Of a stretch of DNA of 64,000 nucleotides, positions 19,673 to 31,400 are shown one piece after another. Every line of letters starts with the position of its first letter. Within the stretch, counting starts at the first letter, position 1. Origin of the DNA: Cytophagales bacterium (lineage in GTDB: Bacteria > Bacteroidota > Bacteroidia > Cytophagales > JAAEPT01); contig CBDCZI010000025.1 of the NCBI GenBank assembly GCA_965224495.1, forward strand, positions 243,495 through 307,494, written 5' to 3'. Below the pieces are notes generated by a model. That model was not told the origin of the DNA, searched no databases, and saw nothing but the letters and a program-made list of their open reading frames with translations. The position numbers and the translations under genes were made by a program.

Positions 19673-20182
19673 ATGAATATTTCAGGGAAAATGTTGGCTA
19701 TCGCAGGAGCTTTTGTACTTGTTGGTTATGTATTGGTTAATAAATTTGCGACACCCTCAGTTTTGGCAGAATTAACGGAAGAGCCTCAACAAAAATGGTT
19801 GGTTTTGGGTAAATCTATCGAGGGAGGAATGGCTTCTGACCAATTTGAAACTTTTTTTAAATCGATGAATGACTTGAAAAAAGCAATGGGTGACTCATTA
19901 CCCGAGCTCACACGCTATTATGAAGAACCAACAAAAGAAAACGGAAAACATACCCTCGTTTTTTCGGGTGTAATTGTGCCAGACAGCACCTTTTCTCAAC
20001 AAGGATTTGTGTTAAAAGAGATTGTTTTACCCGCAAGTGTACAAGTGAAACACCGTTTGAGTGCAGGATTGTATCCCGCAATTGATGAATATGCCGAATT
20101 GAAAAAAATAAAATTAGACAAAGACCACGTAGTAGAAATTTTAGCGAAAGACTACACGGCTATCTTGATGCAAAAGAAGTAA
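19673..20182 (+). CDS. Hypothetical membrane-anchored protein
   Basis: 169 aa with an N-terminal TM anchor. No motif recognised. Confidence 0.45.
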   Translation: MNISGKMLAIAGAFVLVGYVLVNKFATPSVLAELTEEPQQKWLVLGKSIEGGMASDQFETFFKSMNDLKKAMGDSLPELTRYYEEPTKENGKHTLVFSGVIVPDSTFSQQGFVLKEIVLPASVQVKHRLSAGLYPAIDEYAELKKIKLDKDHVVEILAKDYTAILMQKK

Positions 20183-20208
20183 GTGGTTCTATGTACTACT
20201 CAAAATGG

Positions 20209-20655
20209 TTATTTAAAACTCTCCAATGCTTTTTTGATATGTAAAACAGGATCGGTAAGTGTGTTGATGATATCAATAACTTCACCACCCTTTTTGACAA
20301 TATAGGTTACTCTTCCAGGTATGAAAAACAAGTTTTTTGGTACACCCATTTCTTTCCTTATACGGTTTTTTTCGTCTGACAAAATGGAGAAGGACAGCTT
20401 GAACCGTTCAGAAAATTCCTTGTGAGAAGCTACACTGTCACCACTGATGCCGATAACTGCTGTGTTTTGGCTTTTGAATTCTTCGAAATGGTCACGGAAA
20501 GAACAAACCTCTTTGATACACCCACTCGTATTGTCTTTTGGGTAAAAAAACAAGACAAGGTTTGCACTCTTTGCTAATTCATTTACGTCTATTGACTCGT
20601 CGTATTGGTTTTGTAACTTTATTTGTGGTAGTTGGCTACCTATCGTAACTTTCAT
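20209..20655 (-). CDS. bcp: Peroxiredoxin, Bcp/AhpC-TSA family
   Basis: The FFYPKDNTSGC peroxidatic-Cys motif and a thioredoxin-fold length of 148 aa. Confidence 0.85.
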   Translation of the reverse strand: MKVTIGSQLPQIKLQNQYDESIDVNELAKSANLVLFFYPKDNTSGCIKEVCSFRDHFEEFKSQNTAVIGISGDSVASHKEFSERFKLSFSILSDEKNRIRKEMGVPKNLFFIPGRVTYIVKKGGEVIDIINTLTDPVLHIKKALESFK

Positions 20656-20814
20656 ATTTCAGTGATTTTTGTTCAATTTAGCATTATTTTCAATGATTTT
20701 GTTTAATAGGTAATTCTTTATTGATATATTGAATATAATAAACGAGAAAAAGTGATTTAGGGTTGAAACTAATAACCGAAAACAGCGTTTAAAAAAGTAG
20801 AAAACACAACGATT

Positions 20815-21270
20815 ATGACACATAAATTAGATTACAGAGAGAGTTTGATGGCTCTAACGACAATTGTAGCTTGGGCAGATGGTGAAAATCAAGATGCAGA
20901 GGTGGATGCAAGAGTACAAATGATTTTGGAAGAGAAAATTAGCGATACGGTTATAGATGCTTTTAAAATCAAATATGACGAAATCGGGAGTAACGAAAAG
21001 CTATTTGAATTAGCTGTTTTGGCATTAAACGGAGAAAGTACGGAAAAAAAGGCGGGAGCTTTGGCTTGGATGTGGCAAGTTGCTAACGTGGCAGAAGAGG
21101 GTGTTCGTGGACGTTTAGATTACATTGAAGACGTTTGGAAAAACAACAAAGATAATGTTGATTTGGCTGAGCTAAAATGGATTAACAGAGCGAAAAAAGA
21201 TTTGGATGTTGAATTGGCTGATTTTAAAACAGCTTTTTCAAAAATATCTAAAGCGGGTAGAATTATTTAA
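20815..21270 (+). CDS. TerB-like helical protein (hypothetical)
   Basis: 151 aa, acidic and all-helical. The N-terminal LMALTTIVAWADGE pattern resembles TerB-type domains. Weak call. Confidence 0.4.
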   Translation: MTHKLDYRESLMALTTIVAWADGENQDAEVDARVQMILEEKISDTVIDAFKIKYDEIGSNEKLFELAVLALNGESTEKKAGALAWMWQVANVAEEGVRGRLDYIEDVWKNNKDNVDLAELKWINRAKKDLDVELADFKTAFSKISKAGRII

Positions 21271-21290
21271 TTCTCCCTACTGAGTTTTTT

Positions 21291-21324
21291 AAGGCGTTAG
21301 ACGGATTGTTTAACGCCTTTTTTT
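21291..21324 (+). terminator. Hairpin plus T-tract after the TerB-like gene
   Basis: AAGGCGTTA...TAACGCCTT followed by TTTTT. Overlaps the 3' end of the convergent gene. Confidence 0.6.
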
Positions 21325-22475
21325 GTGCTTCCGTTTAAGAGTAATAAGACAAATAGAGGGTAGTAAGCCGTGCGGTAGCGTACTAATGAACCGAAATTAG
21401 GTGAGGCTATCGGTAAAATAATGGCTAAAAAAAGGATAAATAAAACGCTTACCAACAAAAGTGTTTTGTGATTGATTTGTGGTTTATTCCATATTGTGTA
21501 AGATAAAAAAAGAAGGGTAAAAGTATTTTCTATTCCTAATAAAAGAGAAAACACACTCCAGCTTTCAACTAAAATAGGGCGAAATAAACCTGTAAATAAA
21601 GCATTGGGAATATTTTTGAGAAAGGATAGCAAGGTGCCGTCATAAGAGATGTTAATGAGGGCTTGAACGGAGGAATGATTAGACGTTCGGGTGTGGTTAT
21701 GATGTAATGCTTCAAGGAAAAAATCAAATTGCATATTAGGATGTAGAATGGAAATGGCTGAAGTAATAACGAGAACAAGAAGTCCCGACAGAACAAGCAA
21801 TGTAATATTACTTATTTTTTTTCGTGTAAAATGAATGACAAAAAACACCAAAGACAGCACGACCAAAGGAGCAAAAAGGTAATATTTTAAATAAAAGAGG
21901 AAGGTACTTAGACCTATAAAGGCAAGTAAATAAACAAAAAGAAAAGGTGCGTTACGTCGAACCCTCAACAGGATTAAAAAGAGAAGGTTGATCACAGCAA
22001 ACGAAATAGTTTCTTTCATCAACCCCGAAGTCCAGAAAACTACTGAAGGAATAAAGAAAAGAGCAATTTGAACAGTCCATTTTTTAAGATGTAGCCGTTT
22101 AAGTTCTAGGTAAAAAAACCATGTTGATAAAAAAGAAATAGTACTTAGCTGTATTGCTAAAAACCAATAGTTAGAGTCAGATAGTCGATAAATTGGATAG
22201 ATTAATTGAACAAAAAACCATGCCCTTGGTTGGTCGGAAAAGAAGAATCCTTGTGACGAATTTGTAGCTAATAATTCTAAATCGTGTAGGTAATTAAAGG
22301 TGTCGCCTCCATGATAATGATTTTGATAAAGCCAACCGATACCTAAGGCTGAAATTATTTTTAAACTCAAACCCAAAGTAAAAACAAGGCGTTCTTTCTT
22401 GTCTATACATTTTTGGAACAAAAAGCGTAGAGCTAAAAGGAGTGATAATGTAAAAATGAGAGTTAAAATTATCAT
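21297..22475 (-). CDS. Polytopic integral membrane protein (about 10 TM), unknown function
   Basis: 392 aa, highly hydrophobic, with a 4-nt ATGA overlap with the upstream DUF2851 gene. Possibly polymerase- or glycosyltransferase-like, but no motif recognised. Confidence 0.55.
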   Translation of the reverse strand: MIILTLIFTLSLLLALRFLFQKCIDKKERLVFTLGLSLKIISALGIGWLYQNHYHGGDTFNYLHDLELLATNSSQGFFFSDQPRAWFFVQLIYPIYRLSDSNYWFLAIQLSTISFLSTWFFYLELKRLHLKKWTVQIALFFIPSVVFWTSGLMKETISFAVINLLFLILLRVRRNAPFLFVYLLAFIGLSTFLFYLKYYLFAPLVVLSLVFFVIHFTRKKISNITLLVLSGLLVLVITSAISILHPNMQFDFFLEALHHNHTRTSNHSSVQALINISYDGTLLSFLKNIPNALFTGLFRPILVESWSVFSLLLGIENTFTLLFLSYTIWNKPQINHKTLLLVSVLFILFLAIILPIASPNFGSLVRYRTAYYPLFVLLLLNGSTKKGVKQSV

Positions 22476-23737
22476 TTGCGACGAACGAGGTAGTTACCAA
22501 TTTTACAAGATAAACACTTCTTGGGTAAACATTTGTAATCTAAAAGTTCTAATAAACCCTGTGTGTCAAATGCTGATATAGGTTTAATACCTAAATCGAT
22601 AAATAAATCTATCTTGTGGTTGTTTTCAGCAGGTAATTCGTCGAGTAAATCAGTGAGGTACTCAAAAATAAGCGGGTCATTTTCTCTTTTAAATTTCAAA
22701 TAAATAAAGGGGATAATCGCATTGATTACCACCGAATAAAACGAAGTTTTACCCATTGTTTTTGTACGTTCTTTACTCTCTTTGTCGAAAGTATAATGTG
22801 TCTTCCAATAAGGAGTAACGTCTTTTTGAAAACGCTTAGTTATCGCTGACAAGGGTTTGTTGGTGTTTACGTCATCAAATAGCTCTTGAAAATCGGTTAC
22901 TAATTGTGCGAATTGAGCCATTCTAATCGTTGGAAAATTTGGTGGACGCATTTTGGAAAATTTCCATTGCGTATAAGTGACTTCGGGCAATTGAAATTTG
23001 TGTTTCAGGTGTTCCCACTCTTTCATCAACTGTTTAGGGTAAGCATCTTCCCAAGAGTTGATAAGTAAACCAGAAACACCAAAAAGTAAGGATTCCAATT
23101 GCGCAATGTTCATCCTATGCTTTAGTAAAACAGCTAAAGGCATCTGTTGAGCCATGTTTAAAAATGCCTCGGCATTGACTTTAAAACCAAAGCTTTGTGC
23201 CAATAGCTCATAAAAAATAGTTTTTAATTCACCTGTTTTGTTCGTTTTCCATTTTTCTGTCTTTCGATCCAAACGATGTACTATTTGACTATCTAACTCT
23301 GCTTTTAAATAGATGTCAGGTGTTTGAGAAAGTTTTTTATGGCAAGGGATAGAAGTCAGTGATTGATTTAAAATCGCATAATTTGTCACATACTTTTCTT
23401 CTGTCAAAGGAGCTAACGCTATTGTCGGTATTTCTCGACCAGTGGTGTCGGTTATCGGTATATTGTAGTTCCAGACGACGTGTAAAACCACTGAATCGTA
23501 CGCCTTGTCATGCTGATGCTTGTGTTCAAACCAATCCGAAGACTTGACGTGTATTTCTACATTGCCACACCATTCCATTCCATCGATTACCACACGAGCA
23601 TCCGAAAAGTCGGGTCCTGAATTGTTGTTTTGGAAACCTGCTTTCTTGATTTGTACCGATTTTCCGCAATGTGTGCGTAAATCGGTATGTTCAAAAAGCT
23701 GAAATTTCCATAAGAAATAGATGAAATCTTCTTTCAT
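22472..23737 (-). CDS. DUF2851-family protein
   Basis: 421 aa. The N-terminal MKEDFIYFLWKFQLF and EIHVKSSDWFEHKH motifs are typical of the Bacteroidota DUF2851 family, recalled from memory. Confidence 0.6.
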   Translation of the reverse strand: MKEDFIYFLWKFQLFEHTDLRTHCGKSVQIKKAGFQNNNSGPDFSDARVVIDGMEWCGNVEIHVKSSDWFEHKHQHDKAYDSVVLHVVWNYNIPITDTTGREIPTIALAPLTEEKYVTNYAILNQSLTSIPCHKKLSQTPDIYLKAELDSQIVHRLDRKTEKWKTNKTGELKTIFYELLAQSFGFKVNAEAFLNMAQQMPLAVLLKHRMNIAQLESLLFGVSGLLINSWEDAYPKQLMKEWEHLKHKFQLPEVTYTQWKFSKMRPPNFPTIRMAQFAQLVTDFQELFDDVNTNKPLSAITKRFQKDVTPYWKTHYTFDKESKERTKTMGKTSFYSVVINAIIPFIYLKFKRENDPLIFEYLTDLLDELPAENNHKIDLFIDLGIKPISAFDTQGLLELLDYKCLPKKCLSCKIGNYLVRRK

Positions 23738-23745
23738 AATAGAGT

Positions 23746-24990
23746 TTAAATAAAATATTCAAACAACGTAGGGTCTTCATTGATGGCTTTGTAACGAAAG
23801 CCCTTGTTTTCTAAACGTTCGATAAGTAGCGGGTAATCTTCTTTGTTTTTCAATTCGATACCAACTACTGCGGGACCTGCTTCTCGTGCACTTTTTTTGG
23901 TGTATTGAAAATGAGTAATATCGTCATTGACACTCAATACTTCGTCCAAAAACTCACGTAAAGCACCCGAACGTTGAGGGAAATGTATAATGAAATAATG
24001 TTTTAACCCTTCATACAGCAACGAGCGCTCTTTAATATCTTCCATTCGTGCCAAGTCGTTGTTACTTCCGCTCACCACACAAACGACATTTTTTCCTTTT
24101 ATCTTTTCTTTGATACGGTCTAACGCACTTGTGGTTAACGCTCCTGCAGGTTCGGCGACAATTGCCTCTTCATTGTAAAGTTGTATAATGGTCGAGCAAA
24201 CTTTCCCTTCGGGAACAGTGATTATTTCTTTGATTAATGTCTGACAAATTTCAAAAGTCAAGTCGCCGACTTGTTGTACGGCAGCTCCATCAACAAATTT
24301 ATTGATTTGCTCCAACTTTACCACACCACCAAGCTCAATTGCGGTTTTCATTGAAGGAGCACCTTCGGGTTCGACTCCAATAATCTGTGTGGTAGGACTT
24401 ACTTTTTTGAAATAAGTACTTATCCCAGATGCCAACCCGCCACCACCAATAGGTACGAGTAGGTAATCAATTTTACCGACAAAGTCATTGAATATTTCTA
24501 CACCAACAGTTCCTTGTCCTTCGATTACTTTTTCGTCGTCAAAAGGATGAATAAAGGTCTTTTTTTCTTTTTGGCAAAATGACTTAGCTTCGGCAAAGGC
24601 ATCATCGAAAGTGTCACCTGTTAAGATGACCTCGACAAACTCTTTACCAAACATTTTGACTTGTTTCACTTTCTGATTAGGTGTGGTGGTTGGCATAAAA
24701 ATCCACCCTTTTATTTTTTTCTTTAGGCACGAAAAAGCAACGCCTTGTGCGTGATTACCTGCACTTGCGCAAACGACACCTTTTGTTAATTGTTCTTTCT
24801 CTAAAGATTCAATGGCATTGTATGCCCCTCGTAACTTGTACGAACGAACGAGTTGTAAATCTTCTCTTTTTAAATAGATATTACCTTCGTATTGTGCTGA
24901 TAAATTTGCGTTTAATTGCAAATCTGTGTGTTTTACAATGTGTTTTAAACGCTGTTCTGCCTTGATGATACCTTCTGTTGTTACCCCCAT
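23746..24990 (-). CDS. ilvA: Threonine ammonia-lyase (threonine dehydratase)
   Basis: PLP-lysine motif SYKLRGAYN, glycine loop GGGGLASG, and a C-terminal ACT-like regulatory domain. Confidence 0.9.
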   Translation of the reverse strand: MGVTTEGIIKAEQRLKHIVKHTDLQLNANLSAQYEGNIYLKREDLQLVRSYKLRGAYNAIESLEKEQLTKGVVCASAGNHAQGVAFSCLKKKIKGWIFMPTTTPNQKVKQVKMFGKEFVEVILTGDTFDDAFAEAKSFCQKEKKTFIHPFDDEKVIEGQGTVGVEIFNDFVGKIDYLLVPIGGGGLASGISTYFKKVSPTTQIIGVEPEGAPSMKTAIELGGVVKLEQINKFVDGAAVQQVGDLTFEICQTLIKEIITVPEGKVCSTIIQLYNEEAIVAEPAGALTTSALDRIKEKIKGKNVVCVVSGSNNDLARMEDIKERSLLYEGLKHYFIIHFPQRSGALREFLDEVLSVNDDITHFQYTKKSAREAGPAVVGIELKNKEDYPLLIERLENKGFRYKAINEDPTLFEYFI

Positions 24991-25130
24991 AATTTTTCAA
25001 ACGAATAACGAAGTTAAAAAGATTGCTTGAGGTTTAAAGATTAATTGTTACTCTTTTAAAAACTGTTGATTGTCTGTTGTTGTTTGGTGAGGGTTCTGAT
25101 TAAGAATTGTGTGTTGCCTGTGGTGTGTCT

Positions 25131-25368
25131 GTGGCTTAGGGATTGACGAGAAAATCCTTTTGCTTCTCTATTCTTCTTTAGTTTTGGAGAAGGGGAATAA
25201 GTGATGTAATGACCAAGTAGAAGTGTTCTTCACGGCAAAAGATTGCAACAAAAAGCCCGCCCCTTTGTGACTAACAAGTTGTAGTTTTCTGTTGTAGGAG
25301 GTGCTTTCTTGAGGTGTCTATGTGTCGTGATAAGAAAGGGGAAGCCCCAAATCAGTTGTAATAGACAG
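25131..25368 (-). repeat. Dispersed structured element, copy E (expanded hairpin)
   Basis: The minus-sense sequence reads TTTGGGGCTTCCCCTTT...AAAGGGGCGGGCTTT...ATCTTTTGC-(about 90 nt)-GCAAAAGGAT...CAATCCCTAAGCC. Confidence 0.7.
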
Positions 25369-25490
25369 ATGTCATTTTCTTTACGATGGAAGAAAAGTGA
25401 GGTAGTGTTGTATTCTTTTTGTAAAAAAGTGTATTTTTAGGGTTACAACTCTTTCCGTGAGCTGTATATATTGAAAGAAATCTATAGATT

Positions 25491-28400
25491 ATGAATAAGT
25501 ATAAATTAATATTGGCAGGAATTCTATTTTTTGTAATAGGTGGGTCAGCTACTTTTGGGCAAAGTTGTTCAGACGCAACACCTGTTCAGGCAGTGTTTAA
25601 TGGTGACTTTGAAAAGGGTTATTTGACCTCCGCTTCTTCACAGTATTCGGATGGAGCTGCTCGTGGTTTTAAATCAGATTTATTACCTGTCACAGATTTT
25701 ACCGGTGCAAACTGTGTTTATGGTTTTGGTGGGAAATATGGTATAGCTAAAAATTTAGGAGCTACGGGTGCTTGTGGTGCCGATTTCCCTTATATTGGAG
25801 CGGGTTACCCAGGAGCGATGGTTTTTGAAGATCATACACCAACTGAAGGAGGTGATGGGTTTGCTTTACTTGTCGATTTTATAGCGGCGGCGAATAGTTC
25901 TTCTGTATATACGGGAGGATTACCTGTGGCGTGGTTGCAAGAAGTGACAATATTCCCTAGTGAAACTTATTATTTTTCGGCTTGGTTTGGGAATTATACA
26001 ACGACACCAGGTACACCTGAATTGTATTTTGTCGTTACGCCTATTGATGCAGCAAATAATTTGGTGATAGCTGAACGTACGGTTGTAGGTACAGCTCAAC
26101 CCACAGGTGTAATGCAGTGGCAACAGTTTTCTGGTGAATGGAACCCTACAGGTGTTTATACTAAAGCTCAAATTTCGATAGAAGTAGATTTTACTTTGAC
26201 AGCACCAGCAAGTGGAGCGGATTTTGCGTTTGATGATATTTCTTTTAAAAATGGTTGTGATGACTTATTAGCAGGTGGAGATTTTGATCCTGATTTAGGA
26301 ACTGATTTTTCTTTGTGTAACACAGGGGGGACTTCTACTTTGGATTTTGGAGGAGCATCAAATGCTTTCCAACAAATTAGATGGTATGAGGTAACAGGAA
26401 CGGGAACAGATAATTTGATAGCGGCAGCGAATGATACGAAAACATTGCCGGTTTCTATTAGCGGTACGAACTCGACAGGTAAATACCGTGTTTGTATTCA
26501 AGAAGCAGGTAAATGTGCAAGAAATAGTATAGTAGAAGTAAAAGATGATTTGGCAGCATTGTCTATTGCCGATATTGAACTGTGTACAAACCCAACGGAA
26601 ACGGTGGATTGTACAGTCGATTTTGTTTCACCAATCAATTCTATTACTTGGAAAAAGGATGGTACAACAGAAGCAACAGATGTAAGAACATTGACAATTT
26701 CTTCGCCAGGTAATTATTCCGTTGATATTGTAGGAGACGGAAATTGTGATGCAAGTGAGACATTTACAGTAACTTCTTTGATTCCTATTGCTGATGAAGA
26801 TCCGTTTAGTCTTTGTGCGGGTAAAACAATGGATTTGACGGTTACAGACCCAACAGCAGGAGGTAATATAGATTGGTACACAACAGCGACAGGGGGCGTG
26901 CCTGTATTAACGAGTGCAACTTTGTTGTCTTATTCAGCAGGGACATTGCCTTTTACTTATTATGTAGAGAATGCAGCGCAGGATAATTATACAGCAGGTT
27001 ATGCAACTACAGGACCAACTTTTTCAAATAGTGATCCGCAAAGACGTGTTGACTTTGTCTCAGATATTCCATTGGTAATTAATTCAGTACAAATAAAACC
27101 GACAGTGTCTTCGGGTATTTGTTGGTCACCTGGTGGAACACAAAATTATACGATTGGCTTGTATTTAGGAACTGGAGCGGGAGCAACAGCAACAGGGCAA
27201 ACAGTAACGCAAGCAATCAATTGTACGGGAGGAATACAAACAGTTGCCTTAGGGTTTAATGTACCCGCAGGTAATTACCAATTAAGACTAGAGAAAGGAG
27301 CGGGGTTAGGTGCAGGGACTGACCAACATTACATACCAACAGCAACGATAGTGTCTCTTCCTGGTGTGATAACAATTAATAAATCTAATGATCCACTTTA
27401 TGGAGGACCATTTTTTAATTGGGATATCGGTGTGCCAAAAGGTTGTGCACGTATTCCTGTAAATGTGATTGAAAAATTAACAGGTTGTTGTCCCGTTTTT
27501 GATGGTGTAGCAATTAATGAAGCAAGTGTGACAACTTGTTCGGTAGGAGGAACAGAAACATTTACAGCAAACAAGGTCGGTGCGAATTTAGCAGTTAATT
27601 TATATGAATTTCGATGGCTAAATGGAGCTACTGAAGTGAAAACATGGACAGCAGGGAGTGCTGGGCTATCTTTAACAAATGCAGAACTTATAGCAGGTGG
27701 TGCAGGGACTTATACTGTAGAATTGAGAATAATAGGAAATGTAACCTGTACGGCAGTTTCGTCAGGTGTAACCTTAACAGTCAACACGACCCCAACCACT
27801 CCAGTCCTAGCAGGAACACAAGCTTACTGTGCGGGAGACAATATTTCTCTTAATGTAACAGCAGGAACAGTAACAACAGGAGCAACTTACGCGTGGGAAA
27901 AAGATGTGGCGGCAATAGCGGGAACAACAGCAACTTACACAAAAGCAAGTTCAGTAACAACAGACGCGGGTAGCTATACAGTAACAGCAACAAAAGATGG
28001 TTGTTCGAGTGCGGAGAGTGCGAGTTATGCATTAACGGTAAATGAAGTACCAGCCAAACCAACGATAACAGCTAACCCAACAGCCACTTCTATTTGTACA
28101 GGAGACGCGGTAACGTTAACAAGTGCATCGGTAACAACGGGAGTGACTTATGTATGGACAAAAGGAACAGCAAGTGGAACAAACGATAAGGATATCGTAA
28201 TAGCATCTGCGGTAACGGGAGACGGCGGAACTTATACCACAACGGCTACAAAGACAGAAAACGGAAAAGCATGTATATCACCAGCAAGTGATAACTTTGT
28301 TTTAACAGTCAACACGACCCCAGTTACCCCAATACTAGCAGGAACACAAGCTTACTGTGCGGGAGAGAGTTTATCAATAAACGTAACGCCAGGCACAGCA

Positions 28401-31400
28401 ACAACAGGAGCAACTTACGCGTGGAAAAAAGATGCGGCAGCAATAGCGGGAACAACAGCAACTTACACAAAAGCAAGTTCAGTAACAACAGACGCGGGTA
28501 GCTATACAGTAACAGCAACAAATGCAGGTTGTTCGAGTGCGGAGAGTGCGGGTTATGCGGTAACGGTAGATGAGGCAGTAACTATTGCTGCTATTACACC
28601 AGCAGCAGTATGTTTTCCAGGAACAGTAGATATTACAACAGGAGCAGTAACTCCAGGGACAGCAACAGTAACTTACCATGTAGGAGCAGGAGGAACAGGA
28701 GCAATTCAGCCGACAGCCACAGCAGTAACAGGCACAGCAGTTTACTCAGTAAAAGCAGTGAATGGACAATGTAACACAACTTCAGACGTTAACGTAACAG
28801 TAACCCCCTTACCATTAGCCCCAACAGTAGCACCCTTATCTTACTGTAAAGACGCAACAGGAGCGGCAGTCTTAACAGCAACAGGAGCAGGATTAACCTG
28901 GTACACGGCAGCGACAAGCGGAACGGCAACAGCACCAACCCCATCAACAGCAATCGTAACGACATTCGATTATTATGTTAGTCAGACAGTCACAAGTTGT
29001 GAAGGACCAAGAGCAAACTTACAGGTAACGATAAACGCTTTACCAACGGTAAGCGCGACAAGTGATGATGCGGATAATAAGATTTGTTTAGGAGACAATG
29101 TAACCTTAACAGGAGGCGGAGCAGACACTTATGTTTGGGATAACTCAGTAACAGATAGGACAGCGTTTACGCCAACGGGAACGGTGAACTACACGGTAAC
29201 AGGAACAAACACAGCAACAACTTGTACAAACACAGCAAGTGTTCAAGTAGAAGTAAATGCTTTACCAACAGTAACGGCAACAGTAACAGGAAGCCCCGCA
29301 TGTTTAGGAGCAAATGTAACACTGACAGGAGGTGGAGCAAGTACATATACTTGGGATAACGGAGTAGCTAACGCAACAGCCTTTGCGACCACAGCAGTAG
29401 GAACAACAACCTACGAGGTCGAAGGAACAGACGCAAACGGATGTAAAAAGAAAGCCACGGTAGATGTGGTAGTAAACGCTTTACCAACAGCAGTATTAAC
29501 AGGAACAGCAAGTATCTGTAACAAAGCAGGAGTAACAACAGACTTAAACATTGCATTAACAGGAGCGCAACCTTGGGAAGTAGTTTACAACAACCCGATA
29601 ACAGGAAACCAAACGATTAACCCAACAAGTTCACCCGCTACAGTAGCAGTAAATAACGCAGGAGATTACACTTTAGTCAGTGTGAAAGATGCCAATAACT
29701 GTACAGCCACAAGTGCAACAGGCACAGCAACGATAGACTATTTAGACGAAGTAATTGCAACCTACGAAACAAAATGTTCAGGAGATGAAGTAGGAACTTT
29801 AGTATTAGGAGGGACAGATTTTCAAATTGTATTGACGGTAACACAAGGGGATTTGTCATCAATTACGGCTACAGAAACTACGGTTCACGGAGTGACATTC
29901 ACACGAGAAGGAACAACGAATCAGTGGGTTTCAGGAGCGATAGATGAATCAAACACAGTAGTAGCAGATATCAAAGATGGTAATGATTGTAATACACTTA
30001 CCCGTTCAGGTATGAATACAAGATGTTCATGTCCAGCAACAGGAACAACGGTAATAGGGACTGGTGGATTACTCACTGAAACGATTTGTAACGATGCGGG
30101 AGTAGAATCAACGGTAACGGTAACTTACAATGGAGGATCAAGTGATTACAGAATTACACTAGACCAACCAACGAGTGCGGATGTAATAAAAGACAATGAA
30201 ACAGGAACAACGACTTTTGCTGTAAGTGAAGCAGGAACCTATAACGTAGAAATTTATAGCAACGGTAACGCCTGTCCTGTCAATGGAGGAAGTGTAACAC
30301 TTGCTCATCACACGACGCCCGTAGCACAATTAACAGCAACAAGTGCAACAACAGTTTGTGCAGGAGACAATGTGACTTTGGAAGTGAAATTAACCGCAGG
30401 AGATGCACCATTTACCTTTAACTTAGATAACACGACACCAGTAAGTAGTGTAGCAAAAACAGGAGCAACAACAACCTTTACAGAAGCTATAAGTACAACA
30501 GGAGATTACAGTATCACCAATGTAAAAGACAACAACGGTTGTATAGGAACAGCAAGTGGAGCGGTAACGATTGCAAACCATGCGAACACAGCAGCAACAG
30601 CAATAACTAAATGTGACACCCCATTAGGCGGAGTAACCTTAGCAGCAGATGAATTTCAAATCGTAGTAACAGCAACAGCAGGAACATTTACAAGTGACCC
30701 AATTACAGAAACTACAGCTCACGGTGTGACTTTCTCACGAGTAGGGTTAACAGACGTTTGGTATTCAGGAGCAATAAACGAGGCAAACGCAGTAGATTTA
30801 GACTTTGCAGATGACAACGGGTGTAACACCGTAGATTTAGATGGCTTACAAAAAAGATGCTCATGTCCAGCAGAGATAGATGATTTTACTATTGACAAGA
30901 CAGAGATTTGTGCAAGTCCCTCACAAACAGCAACGCTAACAGTAACTTATTCAGGAGGAGATGCAACAGATACGTACACGCTTTCATTAACAGGAGCAGA
31001 AACACAGAGTAATGCAGGAGCAGCAGGAAGTACAAGCACCACCTTTACAGTAAGTACACCAGGAACTTATAATGTAGCAATAACAAACATTACGCAAGGG
31101 AACTGTGTGATTAACGGAACAACACAAAAGGTTTTAGCTCATTACACTACACCAAAAGCAGAGATAACAGGAGATGCAAGTATTTGTGATGATGCACCAA
31201 CAGTAACGACACCATTGACAATTACCTTAACAGATGGAGTAGCACCATTTACTTTAGACGTATCCAACGGAGTTGGAGCAATTACAGGAGCAACCACCGC
31301 ACACACAGAAAACGTTTCAGCAAGTGGAAGTTATACGTTAAGTAATTTAGTAGATAACAACGGGTGTGAAGGAACCGTAAGTGGAAGTGCAACAATCACT

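Noticed and set aside
24996-25030. Similarity of the ilvA leader (AACGAATAACGAAGTTAAAAAG) to the AACGAAGAAC core of repeat X.
   Set aside because: Only about 10 nt match in AT-rich sequence. It cannot be distinguished from chance by eye.
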